Positions 9,351-21,165 of a stretch of 64,000 nucleotides of DNA are shown here, piece after piece. The position numbers were made by a program, and so were the translations under genes. The stretch covers positions 30,245 through 94,244 of the forward strand of contig JAGYNO010000003.1 of the NCBI GenBank assembly GCA_018399955.1, read 5' to 3'. The notes beneath the pieces are model-generated. The model did no database searches and was not told the origin of the DNA. It saw only the letters and a program-made list of their open reading frames with translations. Every line of letters starts with the position of its first letter. The stretch's first letter is position 1. This stretch comes from Halanaerobium sp. Its GTDB lineage: Bacteria > Bacillota > Halanaerobiia > Halanaerobiales > Halanaerobiaceae.

Positions 9351-11072
9351 ATGAGCAAAGTTAAGTTAACGATAGATGGACAAAAAATAGAAGTAGATGC
9401 AGACAGCTCTATTCTAGATGCTGCAAAAGAAATTGGAGTTGATATTCCAGTTTTATGTTATCATCCAGATTTAACATTACATGGAGCCTGTCGAGTATGT
9501 GTTGTAGAAGATGAAGAAAGTGGTAATTTATTAGCTTCCTGTGCAACACCTGTTGCAGATGGAATGAATATTAATACAAGAAGTCAGAAAGCAAGAAAGG
9601 CACGCAGAAAGAATGTTGAATTACTTTTAGCAAATCATCCAAATGATTGTCTTGGTTGTGACCGTAATGGTCAGTGTGAACTTCAGGATATTACTCATGC
9701 TTTAGGTATTCAGCCTGAAGATGTTGATAGAATATCTGGTGAAGAAAGAGTATTTGAGCTTGATACAGTTGGTCCCGCATTAAAAAGAGATCCTAATAAA
9801 TGTATATTATGTGGCCGTTGTGTTAGAATCTGTGAAGAAGTTCAGGGTGTTTCTGCACTTCAGTTTACACAGCGTGGTTTTAATTCAATAGTAACAACAG
9901 CTTTTGACCTACCACAGGCTGAGATAAATTGTGCCAATTGTGGTCAGTGTGCTACTGTTTGCCCAGTAGGTGCAATTACTGAAATGAGTGAAATAGAAAA
10001 AGTATGGGCTGCATTAGAAGATGATGATAAACATGTAGTGGTTCAGACAGCTCCTTCAATTCAGGCTACATTAGGAGAAGAATTTGGTTATGAACCAGGA
10101 ACAGTTGTAACAAATAAAATGGTTGCAGCATTAAGAAGAATTGGATTTGACAAGGTATTCTCAACAGACTTCGCTGCTGACCTTACTATACTTGAAGAAG
10201 GTAGTGAATTCTTAAAGAAAATTAATGGTGAAGGAGAATTACCTCATATAACATCATGTTGTCCGGGATGGGTTAAATATGCAGAGCATAATTTCCCAGA
10301 CCTTTTAAAACATCTATCATCTGCTAAATCACCAATGCAGATGTTTTCTGCACTAAGTAAGACCTATTATCCACATCAAGCAGGTGTTGAAGACGAAAAA
10401 ATATATACTGTGGCTATTATGCCCTGTACAGCTAAGAAATTTGAAAAAGAAAGAGAAGAAATCAATTCAACACGATTCCAGGATACAGATGCAGTACTTA
10501 CTACAAGAGAATTAGCCAGGATGATCAAAGAGATGGGAATTAATTTCAATTCTCTACCTGAGGAAGAATTTGATCAGTTAATGGGTGAATCTACTGGTGC
10601 TGGTGCTATCTTTGGTACAACAGGTGGTGTAGCTGAAGCTGCAGCAAGAACTGTTAAAGAGAAATTAACTGGTGAACCACTTGAAAGATTAAACTTAGGA
10701 TTTAGAGGAGTTAACTCTGCTGAAGTAAATATTGGTGATAGAACTGTTACTGTTGCTATAGCTAATGGACTTGGAAATGCAGAGAAACTTTTAGAAAAAG
10801 TTAGAGCAGGGGAATGTGATTTTGATTTCATCGAAATCATGGCTTGTCCTCATGGATGTGTTGGTGGAGGTGGACAGCCAAGGCCAGCTACAAATGAGAA
10901 AAAAGATAAGAGAGCTGACGGACTCAAGAAAATTGATGATGAAAGCTTTATCCGTAAATCTCATGAAAATCCTCAAATAATTAAGTTATACAAAGAGTTC
11001 CTTGGGGAGCCACTTGGTGGAGAATCACATCATCTCTTACACACAACTTATAAGGAAAGACCTAAAAATTAA
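9351..11072 (+). CDS. hydA: [FeFe]-hydrogenase catalytic subunit (group A3)
   Basis: TSCCPGW, MPCTAKK, EIMACPHGCVGGGGQP; N-terminal 2Fe-2S, His-ligated and 2x4Fe-4S motifs. Confidence 0.95.
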   Translation: MSKVKLTIDGQKIEVDADSSILDAAKEIGVDIPVLCYHPDLTLHGACRVCVVEDEESGNLLASCATPVADGMNINTRSQKARKARRKNVELLLANHPNDCLGCDRNGQCELQDITHALGIQPEDVDRISGEERVFELDTVGPALKRDPNKCILCGRCVRICEEVQGVSALQFTQRGFNSIVTTAFDLPQAEINCANCGQCATVCPVGAITEMSEIEKVWAALEDDDKHVVVQTAPSIQATLGEEFGYEPGTVVTNKMVAALRRIGFDKVFSTDFAADLTILEEGSEFLKKINGEGELPHITSCCPGWVKYAEHNFPDLLKHLSSAKSPMQMFSALSKTYYPHQAGVEDEKIYTVAIMPCTAKKFEKEREEINSTRFQDTDAVLTTRELARMIKEMGINFNSLPEEEFDQLMGESTGAGAIFGTTGGVAEAAARTVKEKLTGEPLERLNLGFRGVNSAEVNIGDRTVTVAIANGLGNAEKLLEKVRAGECDFDFIEIMACPHGCVGGGGQPRPATNEKKDKRADGLKKIDDESFIRKSHENPQIIKLYKEFLGEPLGGESHHLLHTTYKERPKN

Positions 11073-11113
11073 TTAAATCAATTGATTTGATTATAAATAT
11101 TTAAATGAAATCC

Positions 11114-11160
11114 AAGAAAAGCTGCTCTGTTGATATCAATAGAGCAGCTTTTCTTTATTT
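11114..11160 (+). terminator. intrinsic terminator after hydA
   Basis: AAGAAAAGCTGCTCT..AGAGCAGCTTTTCTT followed by a T-rich tail. Confidence 0.85.
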
Positions 11161-11225
11161 ATCTATATTTAATTCTGTAAAATTCTAAAGAAATATATTA
11201 TAATAAAAAAAAGGAGGAATAGTTG

Positions 11226-11291
11226 ATGTTCAATATATTAGAAGAAAAAATAGAATATCTAGCTGCACCTGCATCTGGGAAAATGTTTTAG
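11226..11291 (+). other. 21-aa mini-ORF or gene remnant with a strong SD
   Basis: AAGGAGG at 11211-11217; MFNILEEKIEYLAAPASGKMF*. Confidence 0.35.
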
Positions 11292-11482
11292 GAATTGAAC
11301 TCATATAAGTCTAATCTTATTCAATAAACAATCATCTAAAGAGATTAAATGTTTAAGTATGATTCTTTAATTCTTTTTTATTTATTAAATTTTTGTTATA
11401 ATAGAATCCAAGCAGAAATTTCTTAACAATACATAAATTTATTTTTGTAAAATTTTCATTAAAAAAGTCAGGATGATCTATT

Positions 11483-12613
11483 ATGGATTATAAGAGAATA
11501 GTTGTCAAAGTGGGAAGCAGTACTTTGACAAATGAAAATGGAAAAATGAACTTCACTCAAATTGATAGGTTGACAAGACAATTAGTTGATTTGAAAAATC
11601 AGGGTAGAGAAATAATTTTGGTTAGTTCAGGTGCAATTGCAGCAGGTGTTGGAGAACTGGGTTTTGCCAAAAAACCTAATTCTATCCCTGAACAACAGGC
11701 ATGTGCTTCAGTAGGTCAGGGATTATTAATAGGTATTTATAATAAATTTTTTAGAGAATATGGAGAAAAATGTTCACAGATTTTATTAACTTCCAGTGAT
11801 TTGGAAAATAGAAATAGATATTTAAATGCATTTAATACTCTGGAAACCTTACTGGACCATGGTGTAATACCTGTTATTAATGAAAATGATACAGTTGTTA
11901 CAAATGAAATAAAATTTGGAGATAATGACACACTTTCAGCAAGAGTTGCAGGTCTGATTGAAGCAGATCTTTTAATAAATCTCTCAGATGTTAAAGGTCT
12001 TTACAGCAGCAGCCCTCTAGATAAAAATTCAAAATTAATTCATTTGGTTAAAGATATAGATCAAAAAATAATCGATATGGCTGGCGGCAGAGGCAGTCTT
12101 GTTGGTACAGGTGGTATGATCACCAAAGTTGAAGCAGCAAAAATTGCAGTAAATTCTGGTATAGTAATGATTATTGGTTCTGGCAAAGAAAAAAATACTC
12201 TTTTAAATTTGGTTGAGATGGTAGAGGATAAGAGATATGATATAGGGACGACCTTTTTGGCAGAAAAAAATAGTTTATCAAAAAGAAAACAGTGGCTTCA
12301 TTTTAACCTTCCTCCTTCAGGAGAGATAATAGTGGATAAAGGTGCTGCAGAAGCACTTATCAGCAGGGGTAAAAGTCTGCTTCCTGGAGGCATCATAGAT
12401 GTAAAAGGAGAATTTAAGAGTGGAGAACCTGTTGCAATAATTTCAGAAGATAAAAATATTGGCAAGGGAATTGTAAATTATAGTTCTTCAGAAATTAAAA
12501 AGATTAAAGGACTACATTCTGAAGAAATAGAAAAAAAACTTGGATATTTTAATAAAAGTGAAGTAATACATAGGGATAATATGGTAATAGGAGGAGATAA
12601 TAATGAGTATTAG
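11483..12613 (+). CDS. proB: glutamate 5-kinase
   Basis: VVKVGSS, VSSGA, NENDTV, FGDNDTL, GTGGMITK, PUA domain. Confidence 0.95.
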   Translation: MDYKRIVVKVGSSTLTNENGKMNFTQIDRLTRQLVDLKNQGREIILVSSGAIAAGVGELGFAKKPNSIPEQQACASVGQGLLIGIYNKFFREYGEKCSQILLTSSDLENRNRYLNAFNTLETLLDHGVIPVINENDTVVTNEIKFGDNDTLSARVAGLIEADLLINLSDVKGLYSSSPLDKNSKLIHLVKDIDQKIIDMAGGRGSLVGTGGMITKVEAAKIAVNSGIVMIIGSGKEKNTLLNLVEMVEDKRYDIGTTFLAEKNSLSKRKQWLHFNLPPSGEIIVDKGAAEALISRGKSLLPGGIIDVKGEFKSGEPVAIISEDKNIGKGIVNYSSSEIKKIKGLHSEEIEKKLGYFNKSEVIHRDNMVIGGDNNEY

Positions 12614-13859
12614 AGAAAATCTTATTTCCCAGGCAGGTGCAGCTAAACAGGCAGCAAGAAAACTTGCTAAGGCTGCAAGTGGTGACAAAAATAAGGCTTT
12701 AAATATTATTGCTGATAAACTCATTGACAGGCAGGATGAAATTTTAAAAGTCAATCAAGAAGACATGGAAAAAGGTAAAGAAAATGGTTTAAGCAGAGCT
12801 TTACTTGATCGTTTAAAATTAACCGAATCAAGAATAGAAGGTATGGCTCAGGGGCTTAGAGAAGTAGCTGCTCAGGAAGATCCAATTGGAGAAGTTCCTC
12901 ATATGTGGAAAAGACCCAATGGGCTGCAGATAGGAAAGATTAGAGTTCCTTTAGGAGTAATCGGTATTATTTATGAGGCACGACCTAATGTTACGGTTGA
13001 TGTTGCTGGTTTGTGTTTAAAATCTGGTAATTCAGTAATTTTGCGGGGTGGGTCAAATGCCTTTAATTCAAATCAAATCTTGACAAATATTATTCAGGAT
13101 GGTCTTAGAGAAGCGGGTTTACCTGAAGAAAGTGTGCAGTTGATTGGAACTACAGATCGTAAGGCAGTTGACATACTATTCACATTAAATGATTATTTAG
13201 ATGTACTAATCCCTCGCGGTGGAGCAGGACTTATTCAGAAAGTTGTTAACGAGTCTAAGGTACCTGTCATTGAAACAGGTGTAGGTAATTGTCATGTTTA
13301 TGTAAATAAAGACGCAGATTTAACAAAAGCAAAAAAAATAGTATTTAATGCTAAATATTCTCGTCCTGCAGTATGTAATGCAGCAGAAAGTCTTTTAGTA
13401 GATGCAGAAATAGCGGAAAAATTTCTACCTGAAATGGCCGGGATTTTTAAAGAAAAAGATGTAGAATTAAGAGGCTGTGAAAAAACCAGAAAAATTGTAC
13501 CACAGATTAAAGAAGCTGACGAAGAGGATTATGCAGCTGAATATTTAGATTATATTATGTCAGTTAAAGTAGTAGAAAATTATGATGAGGCAGTTGAGCA
13601 TATCTATAATTATGGAACTAAACATTCTGAAGCAATTGTAACTGAAAATTATACTACTGCCAGAAAATTTTTAGATGACATTGATGCAGCAGCAGTTTAT
13701 GTTAATGCTTCAACACGATTTACTGATGGTGGTCAATTTGGTCTGGGTGCTGAAACAGGTATTAGTACTCAAAAGCTGCATGCAAGAGGTCCTATGGGTT
13801 TAAAAGAACTAACAACTACAAAATATATAATCATGGGAGATGGACAAATTAGAGAATAG
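12603..13859 (+). CDS. proA: gamma-glutamyl phosphate reductase
   Basis: VPLGVIGIIYEARPNVT, CNAAE, NASTRFTDG, STQKLHARGP. Confidence 0.95.
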   Translation: MSIRENLISQAGAAKQAARKLAKAASGDKNKALNIIADKLIDRQDEILKVNQEDMEKGKENGLSRALLDRLKLTESRIEGMAQGLREVAAQEDPIGEVPHMWKRPNGLQIGKIRVPLGVIGIIYEARPNVTVDVAGLCLKSGNSVILRGGSNAFNSNQILTNIIQDGLREAGLPEESVQLIGTTDRKAVDILFTLNDYLDVLIPRGGAGLIQKVVNESKVPVIETGVGNCHVYVNKDADLTKAKKIVFNAKYSRPAVCNAAESLLVDAEIAEKFLPEMAGIFKEKDVELRGCEKTRKIVPQIKEADEEDYAAEYLDYIMSVKVVENYDEAVEHIYNYGTKHSEAIVTENYTTARKFLDDIDAAAVYVNASTRFTDGGQFGLGAETGISTQKLHARGPMGLKELTTTKYIIMGDGQIRE

Positions 13860-13868
13860 GAGGCAGAA

Positions 13869-14672
13869 ATGGAATTACTTATTATTGGTCTTGGAAATAT
13901 GGGCCAGGCTATTTTAGATGGTATATTAGAAAATAATTTATTTAATGCAAAAAATATTATTGCAGCTGATAAAAAATTCTCTTATGAAAGTTTTAAAGAA
14001 ATGAACAAGTATCCAGATTTAAATTTTACTTCAGATAATCGTGAAGCAGTAAATAAGAGTGATATAGTTATTCTTGCTGTTAAGCCTCAAGTGATTGATT
14101 TTGTACTTCGGGATATAAAGGGTGCAGCTGTTGACAAAAATATAATTTCTATTGCTGCTGGTATAACGACCGAACACATAAAAGATATTTTGGGCAGTAA
14201 AAGTAAAATTACAAGAATTATGCCTAATACCCCTGCTCTTGTATCAGAAGGGATGAGTGCGCTGACCTTCCCAGAAAATATCAGTGAAGAAGAAAAAGAA
14301 ATAATAATGAAAATTTTCTCTGCCCTTGGTAAAGTAGTAGAAGTTGAAGAAAAAGATATGGATGCAGTTACAGCTTTAAGTGGAAGCGGCCCAGCTTTTG
14401 TATATATATTCATTGAGGCATTAGCTGATGCTGGGGTTTTAAAAGGATTAGATCGTGATACTGCTTTAAAACTGGCCTCCCAAACTGTTAAAGGTGGAGC
14501 AGAAATGGTATTAGAAACAAATAGACACCCAGCAGAACTTAAAGATATGGTAACTTCACCTGGTGGTACTACTATTAATGGTGTAGCTGCTCTGGAAAAT
14601 AATAATTTTCGTTCTGCAGTTATTAAAGCCGTTTCTGCGGCTGCAGAAAGATCAGAGGAGCTGGGTGAATAA
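13869..14672 (+). CDS. proC: pyrroline-5-carboxylate reductase
   Basis: GLGNMG, LAVKPQ, RIMPNTP, SGSGPA, VTSPGGTT. Confidence 0.95.
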   Translation: MELLIIGLGNMGQAILDGILENNLFNAKNIIAADKKFSYESFKEMNKYPDLNFTSDNREAVNKSDIVILAVKPQVIDFVLRDIKGAAVDKNIISIAAGITTEHIKDILGSKSKITRIMPNTPALVSEGMSALTFPENISEEEKEIIMKIFSALGKVVEVEEKDMDAVTALSGSGPAFVYIFIEALADAGVLKGLDRDTALKLASQTVKGGAEMVLETNRHPAELKDMVTSPGGTTINGVAALENNNFRSAVIKAVSAAAERSEELGE

Positions 14673-15158
14673 ATGGAGGAAAAGACATTTGCTATAACGA
14701 GCAGTTCTCCAGAAGAAACTGAAAAATTTGCGGTTAAGATTGGCAGATTGATTAATAGTCCAGCACTTATACTCCTAAAGGGAGAATTAGGTACAGGTAA
14801 GACATTAATGGTTCAGGGTATTGCAGAAAGTTTAGGTTATAAATCTGAAATAACTAGTCCAACATTTAATATTATTAAAGAGTATTTTGCTGAGGAAGAA
14901 ATTATTCACATGGATTTATATCGACTCAACCACAGTGACGAACTATTAGAAATAGGATTTGAAGATTATCTTGATAGAGATGCAGTAATATTAATAGAAT
15001 GGCCGGAAATTGCTCTTTCATTAATTCCGGCCAATTTTATTTATATTGAATTAATTAAAGAATCAAGTTTAAAAAGAAAAATAATTGTTAGAGGTGAAGG
15101 AGATATCTCAAAGCAATTAATAGAAAGGTTGAGTAAAAATGCTGATTCTTGGAATTGA
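14673..15158 (+). CDS. tsaE: t6A biosynthesis ATPase
   Basis: GELGTGKT, SPTF, HMDLYRL, LIEW. Confidence 0.93.
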   Translation: MEEKTFAITSSSPEETEKFAVKIGRLINSPALILLKGELGTGKTLMVQGIAESLGYKSEITSPTFNIIKEYFAEEEIIHMDLYRLNHSDELLEIGFEDYLDRDAVILIEWPEIALSLIPANFIYIELIKESSLKRKIIVRGEGDISKQLIERLSKNADSWN

Positions 15159-15867
15159 TACTTCTACTGATATATTAGCTTTATCAATCCTAGAGGACAA
15201 AAAATTGTTAGGAGAATATAATCTCAGTTTAAAAAGACAGCACAGTGAAAAATTAATCCCTTTAATTAAAGAAATCTTAGCTATCTCAAATATAACTCCT
15301 GAAGAGCTAGGAGGAATTGCTGTTGGGACTGGACCAGGATCTTTTACTGGACTTAGGATAGCAATTACGGCAGCCAAAATGATGGGCAGAATCAATGGAA
15401 TTCCAGTCAAGGGCATTCCTACCCTTGAAGTGATGGCAGCAGGTGTAAGAGCCGATTATATATTAGCTTTAATTGATGCAAGAGGGGATAGAGTTTATTA
15501 TTCATTCTTTAAATCTAATATTAAAAATGCTGGTGAAAATATCACCACAAACTATTCAGTTAAAAATATATTAGATCTATCTGCTGCAGATCTTGATCAA
15601 ATGCCAGATATTTTATATGAATACAAAGATAAAAGAATAGTAATTGTTGGTAACAAAGTAAAGACTGCAGCTGAAATTTTAAAAAAATATGAATTCAATG
15701 TTTTTGCTGCAGAAACAGAAAATAATTTCCCCAGAGCAGCTGTTATAGCCAGACTGGGAGAAAATTATATCAGCAGAGGTGTATCTGACAATATATATGA
15801 GCTCAAACCTCTTTATTTAAAAAAAGCCCAGGCAGAAATTAACTGGCAGAAAAAATATAAAAGCTGA
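15139..15867 (+). CDS. tsaB: t6A biosynthesis protein
   Basis: ILGIDTS, HSEKL, GPGSFTGLRI, DAR. Confidence 0.93.
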   Translation: MLILGIDTSTDILALSILEDKKLLGEYNLSLKRQHSEKLIPLIKEILAISNITPEELGGIAVGTGPGSFTGLRIAITAAKMMGRINGIPVKGIPTLEVMAAGVRADYILALIDARGDRVYYSFFKSNIKNAGENITTNYSVKNILDLSAADLDQMPDILYEYKDKRIVIVGNKVKTAAEILKKYEFNVFAAETENNFPRAAVIARLGENYISRGVSDNIYELKPLYLKKAQAEINWQKKYKS

Positions 15868-15894
15868 TAGAGAACTAATAGGAGGTTAATTGAA

Positions 15895-16935
15895 TTGGAT
15901 TTTAAAAAGAGATTAAAAACAGCAGAAAATGATATTTATATATTAGCTATTGAAAGTTCTTGTGATGAAACTGCTGTTTCTGTCAACAAAAATGGTCTTG
16001 AAGTACTATCAAATGTTGTTTCTTCTCAGGTTGAGTTTCACAAAAAATTTGGGGGAGTAGTTCCTGAAATTGCTTCTCGGAAGCATCTTGAACTTATTTT
16101 ACCAGTAATTGATGAAGCGCTCAACAAAGCTGGTATTGATTTTAAAGATCTTGATGCTGTCGCTGCAACATATGGTCCTGGTTTAGTAGGGGGCCTTTTA
16201 GTTGGTCTTACAGCTGCAAAGACTATTTCATTGATGTTAACTATTCCTTTAATTGCTGTAAACCACATTGCTGGGCATATATATGCAAATTTCATTGATA
16301 ATCCCGATATAAAGAAACCACTTTTGTGCTTGACAATATCTGGAGGCCATACTGATTTATTATATTTTGAAGATTTAAAGGGATACAATATTTTGGGAAG
16401 GACAAGGGATGATGCAGCAGGTGAGGCATTTGATAAGATTGCAAGATTTATGGGATTGGGCTATCCGGGTGGTCCAGCGATAGAAAAAGAAGCAAAAAAA
16501 GGTGATCCTGATGCGGTAGATTTTCCCAGAGCAATAATGGATGAGAACAGCTATGATTTTAGTTTTAGTGGTTTGAAGACTGCTGTAATGAACTATATCA
16601 ATAATCAAGAACAGCGAGGAGAAAAAATAAACAAAGCTGATATTGCAGCCAGCTTTCAGGAAGCTGTTGTGGATAGTTTGATTTCTAAACTTATAAAAGC
16701 TGCAGAAGAATATGATGTTAAAAGTGTAGTATTGTCTGGAGGGGTTGCTGCTAACAGCAGACTCAGACAAGCAGCTGCTGATGAAGTGAAAAAAATGAAT
16801 TTAGATTTTTATTATCCATCTTTAAATTTATGTACTGATAATGCAGCAATGATTGGAGCAGCTGCTTATTATCAGTATTTAGATAGAGATTTCGCTCCTT
16901 TAAGCATAAGTGCTGAACCATCATTAAGATTATAA
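15895..16935 (+). CDS. tsaD: t6A threonylcarbamoyltransferase
   Basis: IESSCDET, GGVVPEIASRKH, HIAGH, DDAAGEAFDK, CTDNAAM. Confidence 0.95.
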   Translation: MDFKKRLKTAENDIYILAIESSCDETAVSVNKNGLEVLSNVVSSQVEFHKKFGGVVPEIASRKHLELILPVIDEALNKAGIDFKDLDAVAATYGPGLVGGLLVGLTAAKTISLMLTIPLIAVNHIAGHIYANFIDNPDIKKPLLCLTISGGHTDLLYFEDLKGYNILGRTRDDAAGEAFDKIARFMGLGYPGGPAIEKEAKKGDPDAVDFPRAIMDENSYDFSFSGLKTAVMNYINNQEQRGEKINKADIAASFQEAVVDSLISKLIKAAEEYDVKSVVLSGGVAANSRLRQAAADEVKKMNLDFYYPSLNLCTDNAAMIGAAAYYQYLDRDFAPLSISAEPSLRL

Positions 16936-17035
16936 TTTAATAGACCTGTAAACTTAAAAATAGAAAAAAAATAAGCTGTAATGTTAAATTAAATTAATTA
17001 AAAAATAATAAAAATTGAAAAAAGGAAGAAGAAAT

Positions 17036-18382
17036 ATGTATAAATCAAAAGAAGAGATTTTGTTTAAAACAGTTAAGGAGGATAATATCCTTCCTATAAC
17101 ATCTATATGTAAATTGAATTGTATTTTTTGCAGTCATAAAAACAATCCTTCAGAAGTTGAAACTTATAGCTTTGGTCATTTAGAATTTAAATTGGTTAAA
17201 AGAATGATAGAATTTTTAGATGAGCAAAAGCCTGTATTTATTGGAGAATCTGCAAGTAAAATAATTGAAGGTGAACCATTTAGTCACCCTAGAATTATGG
17301 ATATTTTAAAATATATTAGAGAGAGATGGCCCAAAATAGAGATTAAAATTACTACAAGCGCTTCATTTATAGAAGAAAAATATATTTCAGAATTAAAAGA
17401 TTTATCTCCAGTTGATTTTAATATATCATTAAATGCACCCGCTCCAGAGGATCGGGTTTTTTTAATGAACGATCCTTTACCAGAGAAAGTTTTTGAAATT
17501 ATAAAAAAATTTAATAAATATAATATTAAATTTCAGGCAAGTATAGTCTCAATGCATCATATATTAGATTTTGATAAACTTATACAGAGCTTAGATTTTT
17601 TAGAAAGTTTTTCTCCTTTATCTTTAAGAATATTTCTGCCAGGATTTAGTCGTTATGCCGACGAGAAATTAATGCCAGCAAAAAATTATTATAACAAATT
17701 AAATAATTTTATTGAAAATATCAGAGAAAAATATAATTACCCAATAATTATTGAGCCTCAGTTAATTGATAATCTTTCAGCAAAAATAGAAGGCATTATA
17801 AAAAATACTCCTGCTTATAATGCTGATTTAAAAAGAAATGATGAAATAATATTTGTTAATGGTTATCAAGTAGAAAGTAGAGTTGATGCATTTTATAAAA
17901 TTGAAAAATCAGAAAATCCTGAACTGATTATAGAAAGAAATGATAAAAAGATAAAAATAAATTTAAATAAATCGGCTGGAGAGAAGTCAGGATTGATTAT
18001 TTCTTATGATATCAACAGAAGAAAAAAGAATATTTTGTTATCACATATTGAACTCAGCAAAAGAGATAAAGAGAATATTTCTACAATATTGATAACTTCA
18101 CAATTAGCATATAATTTATTTAGTTATATAACAAAAGATTTTTCTGAGGAAGATTATAATTATAAACTTCTAAAAGTAAAAAATATATTTTTTGGGGGTT
18201 CCATAATGGCAGCCGGGCTGATTGTAAATAGTGATTTGGCTTCTGCTCTTAAAAAAATAGATTTTAAAGCGGAAAAATTAATTATTCCAGAAATTATTTA
18301 TGACTATTATGGTAATGATCTTTTAGGAAAACATTATTCAGAAATTGAAGTTGAATTTGGAGTTGAAGTAGTATTACTCTAA
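17036..18382 (+). CDS. radical SAM protein with internal PDZ-like and DUF512-like C-terminal domains
   Basis: CKLNCIFC, GEPFSHP; PDZ-like NTPAYNADLKRNDEIIFVNG; NIFFGGSIMAAGLI; DLLG. Confidence 0.7.
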   Translation: MYKSKEEILFKTVKEDNILPITSICKLNCIFCSHKNNPSEVETYSFGHLEFKLVKRMIEFLDEQKPVFIGESASKIIEGEPFSHPRIMDILKYIRERWPKIEIKITTSASFIEEKYISELKDLSPVDFNISLNAPAPEDRVFLMNDPLPEKVFEIIKKFNKYNIKFQASIVSMHHILDFDKLIQSLDFLESFSPLSLRIFLPGFSRYADEKLMPAKNYYNKLNNFIENIREKYNYPIIIEPQLIDNLSAKIEGIIKNTPAYNADLKRNDEIIFVNGYQVESRVDAFYKIEKSENPELIIERNDKKIKINLNKSAGEKSGLIISYDINRRKKNILLSHIELSKRDKENISTILITSQLAYNLFSYITKDFSEEDYNYKLLKVKNIFFGGSIMAAGLIVNSDLASALKKIDFKAEKLIIPEIIYDYYGNDLLGKHYSEIEVEFGVEVVLL

Positions 18383-18578
18383 TGATTTTAAGATATAAAT
18401 TGCTTAATTTTTTAATTAAATCAGTTTATTATTGATTTAAGATTGAATTTTAGAGATATTTAGAGAAATAAAGGTTTAATCTAATTTTAAAGCATTAAAT
18501 AACCTATAAGAGCTTCTTAAAGACTTTAATCGAACTTGATTTTAATTTATGTCTTAGGTATTATATTTACAGTGCTTG

Positions 18579-18605
18579 TTAGCACTCGATGCACTTGAGT
18601 GCTAA
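18579..18605. promoter_or_regulatory. CIRCE element (HrcA operator)
   Basis: TTAGCACTC-N9-GAGTGCTAA, downstream of TTGATT-17-TATTAT (18536-18564). Confidence 0.97.
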
Positions 18606-18644
18606 TTATTTTAGATAATAAAAATAGAAGGGGGTTATTTTTTA

Positions 18645-18935
18645 ATGAGCATTAAACCATTAGATAACAGAGTTGTAGTAAAATTTGTAGATGAAGAAAG
18701 AGAAGAGAAAACTGAAGGCGGAATTGTTCTCCCAGATACAGCCAAAAAAGAGGAGAAACCTCAGCAGGGAGAAATTGCTGCAGTTGGCAAAAATATTGCT
18801 GCTGAAGATGGAGAACCTGAAGTAGCTGTTGGAGATGTAGTTGTATTTGATAAATATGCAGGTACAAAAGTTACAGTTGACTCAGAAGAATATATTATTC
18901 TTGCTATTGATGATGTTTTAGCTGTAATTGATTAA
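18645..18935 (+). CDS. groES: co-chaperonin GroES
   Basis: IKPLDNRV, TEGGIVLPDTA, KYAGT. Confidence 0.97.
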   Translation: MSIKPLDNRVVVKFVDEEREEKTEGGIVLPDTAKKEEKPQQGEIAAVGKNIAAEDGEPEVAVGDVVVFDKYAGTKVTVDSEEYIILAIDDVLAVID

Positions 18936-19012
18936 ATCAAAAGATTTTAATAATTAATTTTATTTAGTTTTATATTAACAAATTGTTAGTTGAATTTATA
19001 CAGGAGGGATAA

Positions 19013-20680
<1,668 letters not shown>

Positions 20681-20711
20681 GGCCTAATTCCATTATGTAA
20701 TAAAATATTTT

Positions 20712-20744
20712 AAAAGGCACATCTTTTTCAGGGTGTGTCTTTTT
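20712..20744 (+). terminator. terminator after groEL
   Basis: AAAAGGCACATC..GGTGTGTCTTTT. Confidence 0.75.
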
Positions 20745-21165
20745 ATATTTAATTATCATATTTTATAAATTTTAAAAAGGGATTTTTATTTTTATAGAGA
20801 ATATTAAATAACAAGAGATAAATTAAACTCTATGCCAAAACTGAAATAAAATAATAATTATCAAATTTAAATGAGCTTTTATATTTGTTTAGTCTGGTAT
20901 AGAAGATAGTTATATTTTTAGATAATTTATTTTTAAAATACATATAGAACTTTAAATAGAATACCTTTTTAAAAGTTCATTCATCTATTATAAATATTTA
21001 TGAACTTTTTATTTTGCTTAAAATAATTGATCAATTATATACATAGATTAAATATAAAGATTAAATTTTCTAAATATTGAAATCAATTCTACTCAATGGT
21101 ATAATGGTATACAAATATGATTAATCAATTAGGGTATTTGAAAGTTCTGTGGATAGGGGGATTAT

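Noticed and set aside
6097-11072. Selenocysteine recoding in the hydrogenase subunits
   Set aside because: All reading frames are uninterrupted and end in TAA/TAG, with cysteines at the ligand positions
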